DNA of 64,000 nucleotides from Pseudomonadota bacterium (GTDB lineage: Bacteria > Pseudomonadota > Gammaproteobacteria > Ga0077536), in assembly GCA_016719885.1 (NCBI GenBank), contig JADJYF010000010.1:64814-128813 (forward strand), written 5' to 3'. Position numbers and translations under genes: made by a program. Shown here piece after piece: positions 20,167-29,451 of this stretch (positions are counted from its first letter, which is position 1; each line of letters starts with the position of its first letter). The notes beneath the pieces are model-generated. The model made no database searches. It was not told the origin of the DNA and saw only the letters and a list, made by a program, of their open reading frames with translations.

Positions 20167-21417
20167 ATGGCCAACGCATCCCATCCCGACATCAATCTCA
20201 GCACCCTCGAATTCTGGGCACGGCCCTATGAAGAACGGGAAAAGAGTTTCAAGTGGCTGCGTGACAACCAGCCGGTGTCCTGGCACCCGGCGCCGGAGCC
20301 TCTCGCGCCGGGGCTGGAGAACAGCAAGGGCTTCTGGGCCATCACGCGTTTCGAACACATCAAGGACCTATCGCGCAACGACGCCGTATTCTCGTCGGCG
20401 GAAGGCGTGTTCCTCGACGACTTTCCGCAGCTCGAGACCATACTCTCGTTCATCGTCATGGATGACCCGCGCCACAAGGCGCTGCGCAACATCGTCCAGC
20501 ACGCCTTCAGCCCACGGAACATCCGGCGCATGGAGCAGCAGATCCGCGAGATGACCGAGAGCGTCATCGGCGAGGTGGCGCATCTCGGTGAAGGCGACTT
20601 GTGCGAACTGGTGTTCAAGCAATTGCCGGGGCGCGTGTTCGCCGGCGTGTTCGTCGGTATCAGCGATCCGCACAAGCGCGAGATCCTGATCGAAGCCGCC
20701 GAACAGCTCGGCAGCTGGGCCGACCCCAGCTATGCGCACATCGGTTCACCGCTGGCGGTGTTCCAGGACGCTGCGCAGAAGATCATGACCATTGCCTACG
20801 CGGAAGCCGAGCGCTGCCGGCGCGAACCCGATGACAACCTCATGACCTGGGTGGTCGAAGCCGATCACGAAGGCCAGCGCATGACCCAGGACGAGCTCGG
20901 CGCATTCTTCACGCTGCTGGTTGGCGCGGCCAACGACACCTCGCGGCATGCCATGGCCCACGCGGTCATGAACCTGCAGAATCATCCCGAGCAGAAGGCC
21001 TGGCTGCTGCAGGACTTCGAAGCGCGCATCGACAACGCGGTCGAAGAGATCCTGCGCTGGTCGCCGCCTTTGATGCATTTCCGCCGCACCGCGCTGCGCG
21101 ATTTCGAGCTCGACGGCGTGACCATCAAGAAAGGCGACAAGTGCGTGCTGTGGTATTGCTCGGGCAACCGTGACGAAAGGGCGGTGCCGGCGCCGGACAG
21201 CTTCGATCTCAACCGTGCGCCCAACCGCCACTTGAGCTTCGGCTATGGCCCGCACTTCTGCATGGGCGCCTCGCTCGGTCGCCAGATGGTGAAATCGAGC
21301 CTGCGCGAGTTCTCACGACGCATGCCCGACCTGGTGGTCGGCGAGCCCAAGATGCTGCTGTCCAATTTCATGAACGGCGTACTGTCGCTGCACGGGCGCT
21401 GGACGCCGCCCGCCTGA
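20167..21417 (+). CDS. Cytochrome P450
   Basis: Heme-binding loop FGYGPHFCMGASLG, ExxR (EEILR), and an I-helix GAANDTS-type motif. Confidence 0.85.
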   Translation: MANASHPDINLSTLEFWARPYEEREKSFKWLRDNQPVSWHPAPEPLAPGLENSKGFWAITRFEHIKDLSRNDAVFSSAEGVFLDDFPQLETILSFIVMDDPRHKALRNIVQHAFSPRNIRRMEQQIREMTESVIGEVAHLGEGDLCELVFKQLPGRVFAGVFVGISDPHKREILIEAAEQLGSWADPSYAHIGSPLAVFQDAAQKIMTIAYAEAERCRREPDDNLMTWVVEADHEGQRMTQDELGAFFTLLVGAANDTSRHAMAHAVMNLQNHPEQKAWLLQDFEARIDNAVEEILRWSPPLMHFRRTALRDFELDGVTIKKGDKCVLWYCSGNRDERAVPAPDSFDLNRAPNRHLSFGYGPHFCMGASLGRQMVKSSLREFSRRMPDLVVGEPKMLLSNFMNGVLSLHGRWTPPA

Positions 21418-21463
21418 GCGGCGACGTGCCTGGTGGGCGGGCAGGCCGCATGGCGTGCCCGCA

Positions 21464-21483
21464 ATGCCAATCGATTGGCATTC
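21464..21483. promoter_or_regulatory. Perfect 20-bp palindrome AATGCCAATCGATTGGCATT in the P450/TlpA intergenic region; candidate operator or hairpin
   Basis: Direct reading. The sequence equals its own reverse complement. Confidence 0.4.
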
Positions 21484-21636
21484 CTGACATTGCCCCACGC
21501 CGATTCGCGGCATCGGCCCAAACCATGGCGGCCGGTCCGGGTCGCAAGCACGCCTACGATCAGCGTCATCACGAATGACGAACGCCCAAGATGCTAAATA
21601 ACGCCGGCCACCCGGCGCTGTGCGCAAGGAGACTGC

Positions 21637-22182
21637 ATGCCTTTCGGATGGGATGAAATGAAACCGCGCTGCGTACCGCCGCTGCTGCTCGCGGCGCTGT
21701 TCGCGACGGCGAGCTGCGACGCCGCCGAATCACTGACCGCCGCGCAGGACGCGCCGGCCGCGCCAGCCTGCAAGTTCAGCATCGACAAGGCCGCCGCACC
21801 CGTCGACCTCGGACGGTATCGCGGACAGGTGGTCTATGTCGATTTCTGGGCGTCCTGGTGCGGGCCGTGTCGGCAGTCCTTCCCGTTCATGAACGAGATG
21901 CACAACGAACTCGGCGCCAAGGGGCTGACGGTGCTGGCCGTCAATCTCGACGAAGAAGCGGGCGATGCGCAAAGCTTCCTGGCCAAGCACCCGGCCAGCT
22001 TCGAGGTCGCGGGCGGCGACAACCAGGCCTGCGCATCGGCCTTCCAGGTGGAAGCCATGCCGTCGTCCTATCTCATCGACCGCGCTGGCAAGGTGCGTTA
22101 CGTCCACCATGGCTTTCGCGGCGGTGACGCGCAACTGCTGCGCGGACTTGCCGCCACCCTGCTGGCCGAACCCGCGCCCTGA
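21637..22182 (+). CDS. TlpA-family thiol:disulfide oxidoreductase (thioredoxin fold), secreted
   Basis: WCGPC active site. N-terminal hydrophobic signal LLLAALFATASC. AAGGAG ribosome-binding site. Confidence 0.75.
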   Translation: MPFGWDEMKPRCVPPLLLAALFATASCDAAESLTAAQDAPAAPACKFSIDKAAAPVDLGRYRGQVVYVDFWASWCGPCRQSFPFMNEMHNELGAKGLTVLAVNLDEEAGDAQSFLAKHPASFEVAGGDNQACASAFQVEAMPSSYLIDRAGKVRYVHHGFRGGDAQLLRGLAATLLAEPAP

Positions 22183-22214
22183 TCGGACAATCGAGACCTG
22201 CCCACGGACTGTTC

Positions 22215-22439
22215 ATGCCTGACAAATCCATTCCGGCACTACTGCTGGCCGTGCTCGGCATCGCGCTGCTCGGCGGCTGCGCGCCATTACATCCCTGGGA
22301 GCGCGGCAATCTCGCCAAGCCGCACATGGCCTTGACCACCAATCCCGGGCAGGCCGCCATGAAAGCCCATCTCGAGATGAGTCGCGAGGCGGCCTCGGGC
22401 GGTGGCGCCGCCGCCGGTGGTGGCTGTGGCTGCAACTGA
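22215..22439 (+). CDS. Small lipoprotein, DUF4266-like
   Basis: LLGGC lipobox. 74 aa ending in GGGCGCN. Conserved position upstream of the DUF3570-like gene. Confidence 0.55.
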   Translation: MPDKSIPALLLAVLGIALLGGCAPLHPWERGNLAKPHMALTTNPGQAAMKAHLEMSREAASGGGAAAGGGCGCN

Positions 22440-22461
22440 GCAGGCGCCGACGCCAAGCAGC

Positions 22462-24150
22462 GTGCGGCCGGCCAGCGCGCTGCGTGCACTGACGGCGGCG
22501 GCCTTGGCCCTGCCCGGACTCATGGGCAGCCAGGGCTTCGCCGCCGACGATGGCAGCACCGCGACGCTCGATTATCACCATTACGCCGAAGGCGAACGGG
22601 ATCTCGAAGGCCGCACCTACAAGTCTCTGAACCTGCGGCCCATCGAAGTCGACAGCCTGGCGCTGGCGGTACGCAACACCTTGGCCGATCGCTGGCGCTT
22701 CGCGCTCAACTACACGCAGGACACCTGGTCGGGCGCGACGCCGGTACTGAGCCTGCCGCAGGCCGCCATCAACGAGCAGCTGGTGTCGGGCGCATCGGTG
22801 CCACTCGCCTACCTGACCGACAGCAAGCATCGCCCGCAGGATGTCGATCCCGGTTCGTTCGACGGCCAGAAATTCAAGAGCACGGAAGATCAACGCCTGG
22901 TGCACCTGATGGCGTCCGCGTCACCGGAAACGCGCCGCCAGGTCGACGGCCGACTCGACTACGGCTGGGACCGCGCCTCGTTCGGGGTGGGCGGCGGCGT
23001 GTCGGAGGAACCCGACTATCACTCGGGCTTTCTCAATACCGGCGGCAGCTTCGACTTCGATCACAAGCGCACCACGCTGACATGGGGCGCGAGCTACACC
23101 GTCAGCAACATCAACGCCTCGCTCGATGCCAATGCCGCCGCTGATTGGGGCGCCTATCTCGGCTACATCCGCGAGAGCCGCGGGCACAACACCTTGTTCG
23201 GCCAGCGTCACGATATCGGCGCGAGCTTGAGCGTCACCCACGTCATCAACAAGAACTCGCTGGTCGAAGCCGGCATGGGCTACACGCGCAGCAGCGGCTA
23301 CCTGGAGAATCCCTACAAGGCGACCATGCTGGCGTTCGACGATCCGGACCAGTTCATCGACGCCAGCGGTCTGCGCACCGTGCAGCTGCGCGGCGTGCTG
23401 GAACAGCGGCCCGGATCACGCGACCAGTTCAACTGGCACGTGCGCTACGTCGACTACATCGCGCCGCTCGACGCGGCCCTGCACGCCGACTATCGCTTCT
23501 TCCACGACGATTGGGGCATCGATGCCCACACCATCAACCTGTCGTGGCATCAGCCGCTCGGCGGCGGTTGGATGCTGGTGCCGGGCACGCGCTACTACTC
23601 GCAGTCGCGCGCCGATTTCTACGCGCCCTACTTCCTGTTCAACCAGGCCTATCCGGCGTTGCCGGGACCGATATTTCCGGGCGTGCCGCGACCGCTGGAC
23701 TTCCGCAGGCTCGCACGTCGCGATTTCTCCAGTGACGCGCGGTTGTCGGGCTTCGGCAGCATCGGCGGCGAACTGGCGGTGAGCCGCGAATTCAGCAAGG
23801 GCGCGAAAATCGAAATCGGCGCCGATTATTCGGTGCACGCCGGCGCCTTGAAACTCGGTGGCGGCGGCGAGAAGAGTTTTACCGACGTCGACTCCTACGT
23901 GGTCTACGCCACGCTGTCCATGGATCTTTCCGCGCCGGCACTGGCGGGCGGCCTGCCCCAGGCGGACGCCACTGGCACGACGCCGGTGCGCCTGCGCCGT
24001 GCACCGGCCGGCGTGCGATGGGATCACCTGCTCGCGGCCCAAGGCGACATGGAAAGTCGGTTATCACTTCGACTACGACATGCGCGGCAACGGCATCCAG
24101 CACGGCGGGCGCCGCGCCGGCGATACCGAAGTCATCACGCGCGCGTGTGA
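22462..24150 (+). CDS. DUF3570-like secreted/outer-membrane protein carrying a predicted FMN-attachment (flavinylation) motif
   Basis: Signal peptide (V)RPASALRALTAAALALPGLMGSQGFA-ADDG after a putative GTG start. Motif D-T-W-S-G-A-T at 22720..22740 matches the Dxx[ST]GA[ST] site used by ApbE. The C-terminal ~70 codons look like a wrong frame, and the true end is uncertain. Confidence 0.5.
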   Translation: MRPASALRALTAAALALPGLMGSQGFAADDGSTATLDYHHYAEGERDLEGRTYKSLNLRPIEVDSLALAVRNTLADRWRFALNYTQDTWSGATPVLSLPQAAINEQLVSGASVPLAYLTDSKHRPQDVDPGSFDGQKFKSTEDQRLVHLMASASPETRRQVDGRLDYGWDRASFGVGGGVSEEPDYHSGFLNTGGSFDFDHKRTTLTWGASYTVSNINASLDANAAADWGAYLGYIRESRGHNTLFGQRHDIGASLSVTHVINKNSLVEAGMGYTRSSGYLENPYKATMLAFDDPDQFIDASGLRTVQLRGVLEQRPGSRDQFNWHVRYVDYIAPLDAALHADYRFFHDDWGIDAHTINLSWHQPLGGGWMLVPGTRYYSQSRADFYAPYFLFNQAYPALPGPIFPGVPRPLDFRRLARRDFSSDARLSGFGSIGGELAVSREFSKGAKIEIGADYSVHAGALKLGGGGEKSFTDVDSYVVYATLSMDLSAPALAGGLPQADATGTTPVRLRRAPAGVRWDHLLAAQGDMESRLSLRLRHARQRHPARRAPRRRYRSHHARV

Positions 24151-25039
24151 GAACACGCTGTGTTCGCTGACGCCGCGCGACAGCGACACGCATGTCTCGA
24201 CCGTCGATTTCATGCTTGGCCTCGGCCCAAGCGCGACGATGCTCGTGAGTGCCGCCTACGTCAATCACGACATCGCGCTGCGCGATCTCGATACCGACGT
24301 GCAGGATGCGCTCGGCATCATTCCGCCGCCGCGCGTAAGCTACACGCGCAGCGCCGGCGGCCTCGGCGACGTCAACCTGCATTTTCTTTATGGACTGTTC
24401 GAAACCCGCAGCCACGAAGTGCATGCCGGCCTCGGCTTCAGCGCGCCGACTGGCAGCGTCGAGCAGCGTCTGGCGGGCAGTCGCGATTTCAGCGCCTACG
24501 ACAGTCAACTGGGCAGCGGCACCTGGGACTTTCATCCGAGCCTGACCTACAGCGGCGAACTGCTGCGTTTTGCCTGGGGCACGCAACTGTCGGGCACGAA
24601 GCGCATGGAAGCGAGCAACGACGCCGGCTATCGGCTCGGCGATCGCTTCCAGGCCACCACCTGGGGCAGCGTGCGTCTCGCCGATTGGCTGTCGGCCTCG
24701 ATACGCGGCCAGTACACCAACCAGGGCGGTGTGCACGGTCGTTTCGATGCTCACGCCGCGCCGCAGGTGATCGGTACGCGCCTGGTCGGCGCCGAAACAC
24801 AGGAGGTCTACCAGTACGTCGATACACCAAGCGCCATCAACGGCCCCATGGACAGTGCCGACAGCAGCGGCGGACAGTGGTGGGACGTCGGCTTCGGTGT
24901 CAACGCCGTGGTGCCATCGGGCCTGTTGCGCGGCAATCGAGTGAGCGTGGAATGGCTGGAGCCGGTGGCCGATCACTTCAATGGCTATCAGCTCGAACGC
25001 CAGGGCAGCCTGCAGCTGCGCTGGGAACTATCCCTGTAG
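24080..25039 (+). CDS. Uncertain ORF, possibly a beta-barrel/outer-membrane-like protein or the frameshifted continuation of the DUF3570-like gene
   Basis: Protein-like translation (…GLGDVNLHFLYGLFE…GSGTWDFHPSLTYSG…) only from about 24050 onward in a different frame from the upstream gene. No signal peptide at the first ATG. Confidence 0.3.
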   Translation: MRGNGIQHGGRRAGDTEVITRACENTLCSLTPRDSDTHVSTVDFMLGLGPSATMLVSAAYVNHDIALRDLDTDVQDALGIIPPPRVSYTRSAGGLGDVNLHFLYGLFETRSHEVHAGLGFSAPTGSVEQRLAGSRDFSAYDSQLGSGTWDFHPSLTYSGELLRFAWGTQLSGTKRMEASNDAGYRLGDRFQATTWGSVRLADWLSASIRGQYTNQGGVHGRFDAHAAPQVIGTRLVGAETQEVYQYVDTPSAINGPMDSADSSGGQWWDVGFGVNAVVPSGLLRGNRVSVEWLEPVADHFNGYQLERQGSLQLRWELSL

Positions 25040-25101
25040 CAGGGCGGCGGCGAGGCCGCCCGCTGTCGTTACAATGCACGGCGAGACACAGAAGTACCGC
25101 C

Positions 25102-26007
25102 GTGCCGCTCATCCTTCATCGCTTTCCGTTCCAGGCCATGGGCTCGCCCTGCGAGATCCAGGTGTTCGCGGCGGACGCTGCGCATGCACGCGCGGGCGCC
25201 GAGCACGCCATCGCCGACGTCGCGCGTCTCGAAGCGCGTTACTCGCGCTACCGTGAAGACAGCTTCCTGTCCGCCATCAATCGCGTCGCGGCGCGCGGCG
25301 GCAGCATCGACGTCGACGCGGAAACCGCGAGCCTCCTGGACTACGCCGCCACCTGCTACGCGGAAAGTGACGGCCTGTTCGACATCACCTCCGGCGTACT
25401 GCGCCAAGCCTGGCGTTTCGATCGGGGCGGCTTGCCCGATGCCGCGCGAATCGCCGCGCTGAAGGCGCGCGTCGGCTGGCATCGGCTGCGCTGGCAAGCG
25501 CCGCGCCTGGCGTTTCCCGAGCCGGGCCTCGAGCTCGACTTCGGCGGTGTCGTGAAGGAATACGCGGTCGACCGCGCTGCCGCGCTGTGCCACGAACGCG
25601 GCTTGCACCACGGCGTGGTCAATCTCGGCGGTGACATCAAGATCATCGGACCGCGCGCCGACGGGCAGCCCTGGCGCATCGGCATCAAGCACCCGCGCCG
25701 CGCCGAGACCTTGCTCGACACCTTGGAACTCCAGCGCGGTGCGCTGGCCTCGAGCGGCGACTACGAGCGCTGCATCTTGGTCGACGGCGTACGCTATGGC
25801 CACATCCTCAACCCGCGCAGCGGCTGGCCGGTGCGACGCCTGGCGGCGGTCAGCGTGGTGGCGGATTTCTGCGTCATCGCCGGCAGCGCCTCGACCATCG
25901 CGATGTTGAAGGAGGAAGAAGGACCGGCGTGGCTGGCGGCGTTGGGACTGCGCCACCTGTGGGTGGATGTCGACGGCAACAGCGGTGGCGACCTGCTGCC
26001 CCTGTAG
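25102..26007 (+). CDS. apbE: FAD:protein FMN transferase (ApbE/Ftp family)
   Basis: N-terminal FQAMGSPCEI (AMGT-like motif) and internal GGVVKEYAVD and ASSGDYER motifs. The start is taken at a GTG. No obvious signal peptide. Confidence 0.7.
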   Translation: MPLILHRFPFQAMGSPCEIQVFAADAAHARAGAEHAIADVARLEARYSRYREDSFLSAINRVAARGGSIDVDAETASLLDYAATCYAESDGLFDITSGVLRQAWRFDRGGLPDAARIAALKARVGWHRLRWQAPRLAFPEPGLELDFGGVVKEYAVDRAAALCHERGLHHGVVNLGGDIKIIGPRADGQPWRIGIKHPRRAETLLDTLELQRGALASSGDYERCILVDGVRYGHILNPRSGWPVRRLAAVSVVADFCVIAGSASTIAMLKEEEGPAWLAALGLRHLWVDVDGNSGGDLLPL

Positions 26008-26076
26008 GTGCGAATTCATTCGCACCTTCGAGGCGCGCCTCGGGATTTTCAATGGGCGAATCAATTCGCACCTACC
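26003..26076. repeat. Composite palindromic element (family B) between convergent apbE and the LysR gene
   Basis: GTAGGTGCGAATTCATTCGCACCT … GCGAATCAATTCGCACCTAC. Direct reading. Confidence 0.6.
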
Positions 26077-26091
26077 AACCGCGCTGCTCCC

Positions 26092-27018
26092 CTACTGCAC
26101 CGTGCGCGCGCCGGCGCCCGGCCTGACCGTCGTGCCGTCCACGTGTTCGATGAAGTAATCGAGGAACACGCGGGTCTTGGCCGCCATGAACTGGCGGCTG
26201 CTGAAGAGCGCGGTCACTGGCAGTGACATCGCGCGGGCATTGTCCAGGGTAATCTCGGCCAGTTCCGCGCGCGCCAGTTCGTCGACCACCGCGTAGCGCG
26301 GCACGTAGGCGATGCCGAGCCCGGCCACCGCCGCCTCGATGACCGCCGCCGTGCTTGGCGATGAAAAATTGCCGCTCACGGGTTGTGCGACCAGCGTGCC
26401 GTCGGCGATGAAGCTCCAGCGCTCGTAGCCGTCCATGGATTCATCGAGGATGCAGTTGAAGTCCGCCAGCTCGCGCACCGTCAACGGCCGACCGCTGGCG
26501 GCGATGAAAGCCGGCGACGCGCACAGCATGTAAGGCGCGCTGCCGACCTGCTTGCTGACCAGCGAGCTGTCCTTCAGGTTTCCGATGCGGAAGATGAGAT
26601 CGAGGCGCGACGCGACCATGTCCGGCTCGGCATCCTGCAGGCCCAGCTCGATGCGCAGGCCACTGTTGCCGCGCGCGAACGCCGCGATGATGGGCGTCAG
26701 CACCTGGGTGCCGAAGGACGGCGGACAGCTCACGCGCAGCACGCCGCGCGGCGACGAATTGAGCGCCGTCACCGCCATTTCGGTGTCTTCGATACGTTGC
26801 AGTATGTCGACCACCTGGTCGACGTAGAGCTCGCCGGCATCGGTCAGCGACACACCGCGGGTGGTGCGCTGTAGCAGCCGCACGTCGAGGTCTTCCTCGA
26901 GCTGCTTGACCTGCTTGGAAAGCATGCCGGGAGTCACTTCCAGTTCGCGCGCGGCGGCCGAGAACGAGCCGAGCCGCGCAACGGTCACGAGTGCCCGCAT
27001 GTGTCCAATCTTATCCAC
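26092..27018 (-). CDS. LysR-family transcriptional regulator
   Basis: N-terminal HTH MDKIGHMRALVTVARLGSFSAAARELEVTPGMLSKQVKQLE and typical LysR substrate-binding length. Confidence 0.8.
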   Translation of the reverse strand: MDKIGHMRALVTVARLGSFSAAARELEVTPGMLSKQVKQLEEDLDVRLLQRTTRGVSLTDAGELYVDQVVDILQRIEDTEMAVTALNSSPRGVLRVSCPPSFGTQVLTPIIAAFARGNSGLRIELGLQDAEPDMVASRLDLIFRIGNLKDSSLVSKQVGSAPYMLCASPAFIAASGRPLTVRELADFNCILDESMDGYERWSFIADGTLVAQPVSGNFSSPSTAAVIEAAVAGLGIAYVPRYAVVDELARAELAEITLDNARAMSLPVTALFSSRQFMAAKTRVFLDYFIEHVDGTTVRPGAGARTVQ

Positions 27019-27207
27019 GGCGACTCGCTGCCTGGCTCACCAATCTCGATAGCTTCGAAGCATCGCCAGCGGGCCGTCTGGGAAAGCCGGATGTTGCGAC
27101 GCAGCAGGACGAGAATAGGCGAGCGCGGGCGGGCAATCAATGGCCCGTTCGATACCCAGTGCAAACTTCGGTTAAGGCGCGCGCCGCGCCCGTCCTTGGT
27201 GCACTCG

Positions 27208-27975
27208 TCAGCGTACGCCTAGGATCCAGCCCTCGAGTTGCGCCACGCGTCGTTCGGGCAAGGTCAGCGGCGGATTGAAGTACTCACGCAGTGCGCCCAG
27301 CACGTCCATGTCGCGCAACCACATCGCGCAGGCATAGGCGTCCTGCTGATCGGCGCTGCGCTCGGTATTGGCGTAACGCCGACGGAACATCGACGGATAG
27401 ATCTCCGCCACCACCGAGCGTCCGGGCTTGATATCGAACCCGTCGAAGGGCCAGAAATGGGTGCGCGCGCGTAAGCGTCGGTCGTCGCGCAGCTGCTTCA
27501 GCCACGGGATGCCGGCGTGCGTGGACTTGGCCACCGAGCCCTGCACGTCGAACTGGAACACGCTCTTGGCCGACGACGTCCAGCGTTCACACAGGCGCAA
27601 TTCATCGGAGGTGCCGGGCGGCGGCTCCTGGTCGCGCACGAAATCGACATACATGTGATCGCGCGTGGTCGGCCAGTGGAAGCAGAAATGCCGCAGGAAT
27701 TCGTCCCAGCTCGTCAGCGCATTGCGCTGCAGGTAGGACAGCGGCACGGAAAAGCCGTGATCGACGCCGATCACGCAGGGCTGATCCGACAGCAAGCGCT
27801 CGCGCATGAAACGCGCCACTTCCTTGCGACACCAGTTGCGCGCGCCGTTGTCGAACGGCGGCACCGCGCGCGCCTCGCTGTTACCGTCCGATTCGTAGAC
27901 CTGCAGGGCGCGCAGTCGCGACACCGGCGCTTCGGCGCCCGAGTAATCGATGCCGATGTAACGCGTGAACATGGG
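27208..27975 (-). CDS. Hypothetical protein (possible RNase-H-like fold; weak resemblance to DUF429-type proteins)
   Basis: ORF with an N-terminal YIGIDYSGAE motif. No firm family assignment. Confidence 0.35.
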   Translation of the reverse strand, partial: PMFTRYIGIDYSGAEAPVSRLRALQVYESDGNSEARAVPPFDNGARNWCRKEVARFMRERLLSDQPCVIGVDHGFSVPLSYLQRNALTSWDEFLRHFCFHWPTTRDHMYVDFVRDQEPPPGTSDELRLCERWTSSAKSVFQFDVQGSVAKSTHAGIPWLKQLRDDRRLRARTHFWPFDGFDIKPGRSVVAEIYPSMFRRRYANTERSADQQDAYACAMWLRDMDVLGALREYFNPPLTLPERRVAQLEGWILGVR

Positions 27976-27991
27976 CGCGACGCTCACCTCA

Positions 27992-28522
27992 TCACGCTCC
28001 GGCAATGTCGTGGGCCTGTACGGCCTGGTGCAGGCCGTGCACTTCTTCGTCGTGGATGTTCAAGTGCGCGAGGTGCTCGGCAAGGCGAGCGAGGTATTCG
28101 CGGTTGCTGCCGCTCGGTCCGTGGGAATCGGCAATCTGCTTGACCATCGCATCCAAGGGCGCGGCGCCGACGAAACTCGGGTTGTCGGCGAGCGCCACGT
28201 AGGTGATGGCGTCGGCGCGGCCGCCGTCCTCGAACTCGAGCGCCACGCTGCAACGCGTGTAGCCATTGCGCTCGCGATGATCGAGTTCCTCGAGCACAGC
28301 CTGCCAGTGCGGCGCCGCGACGCGAAACGCCATGCCCCAGCACACCGCTTGCGCATCGGGCACCAGGGTCACGACCCGGCCGGGCGCTTCGGGCACGCCG
28401 CGGTGATCGGGCGAGGCCTGCCAGAAACGGCGGCGCCAGCCACGCAGGGCCGCCTTGCGACTCGTTTCATATGCAAAAGCCGGCCGCCAGATCAGCGAGC
28501 CGTAGCCGAATATCCAGGTCAT
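27992..28522 (-). CDS. Gamma-glutamylcyclotransferase-fold protein (ChaC-like)
   Basis: N-terminal IFGYGSLIW motif and about 175 aa. Confidence 0.65.
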   Translation of the reverse strand: MTWIFGYGSLIWRPAFAYETSRKAALRGWRRRFWQASPDHRGVPEAPGRVVTLVPDAQAVCWGMAFRVAAPHWQAVLEELDHRERNGYTRCSVALEFEDGGRADAITYVALADNPSFVGAAPLDAMVKQIADSHGPSGSNREYLARLAEHLAHLNIHDEEVHGLHQAVQAHDIAGA

Positions 28523-28707
28523 GGTGCGTACGGATCATGCGGCGCGGACCACGCGCCAGGCTCATAGGGATCGCCAGGCGCTGCTCGCTTGGCAGCCGCC
28601 CGGGGCGTTCATGCAGCGTGGACTCACACTGCTGCCGCGCGGTCGTCCCGCGCCAGGCGGCGGTATTATGACAGACTGCCGCAAGGCGAACCGGCAAGCC
28701 AACAGGA

Positions 28708-29415
28708 GTGAAATTTTCCATGCGCGTATTCGGCCACCGCGGCGCCGCGGGCCATTGTCCCGAAAACACGCTGGCCGGTGTGCGCCATGCCATCGAGCTC
28801 GGCGTCGACGCCGTGGAAATCGACGTGCGTCTGCTCGACGACGGACTGATCGTGCTGCATGACGACACGCTCGACAGGACCACCAGCGGACACGGCAGCT
28901 ACAAGGCTTTGAGCCTCGGCGCGCTGCGCGCGCTGGATGCCGGCGGCGGTGAGCGCGTGCCCTTGCTGGAAGAAGTCATCGCGCTGGCCATCGACAAGGT
29001 CGAACTCAATATCGAGGTCAAGGAAGCCGGCATCGCCGAGCTCGTCATCGAACGCACGCTCGCAGCCACCGCCGCGTCACCGGCGTGGCGGCAACACATC
29101 CTGTTGTCTTCTTTCGATATCGACACCAGCGCGGCCCTGGCGCGTGCGCGCGGTGCCATGCGTTTCGGGCTGTTGTACGAGGAAGACTTCGATACGGCCC
29201 TGCGGCGCGCCCGGGCCTTGCGCGCGCAGTCGCTGCACATGAGCCTCGACGCGCTCGACGCCGCGCACGTGGCGCGCGCCCACGGCCACGGTCTCGCGGT
29301 CTACGTGTATACCGTCAACGATGCGCCGGCCATCGCGCGCTGCAGGGCGGCCGCTGTCGACGGCGTGTTCTCCGACTATCCCGAGCGCGTCATCGCGGCG
29401 CGCGCGCACGGGTAA
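28708..29415 (+). CDS. Glycerophosphodiester phosphodiesterase (GDPD family)
   Basis: VFGHRGAAGHCPENTLAG…VDAVEIDVRLLDDGLIVLHDDTLDRTT. AGGAGTG ribosome-binding site. Possible -10 TATTAT upstream. Confidence 0.8.
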   Translation: MKFSMRVFGHRGAAGHCPENTLAGVRHAIELGVDAVEIDVRLLDDGLIVLHDDTLDRTTSGHGSYKALSLGALRALDAGGGERVPLLEEVIALAIDKVELNIEVKEAGIAELVIERTLAATAASPAWRQHILLSSFDIDTSAALARARGAMRFGLLYEEDFDTALRRARALRAQSLHMSLDALDAAHVARAHGHGLAVYVYTVNDAPAIARCRAAAVDGVFSDYPERVIAARAHG

Positions 29416-29451
29416 TCCGCCTGTCGCGATGATGGGGTATCTTGTGTTGCC

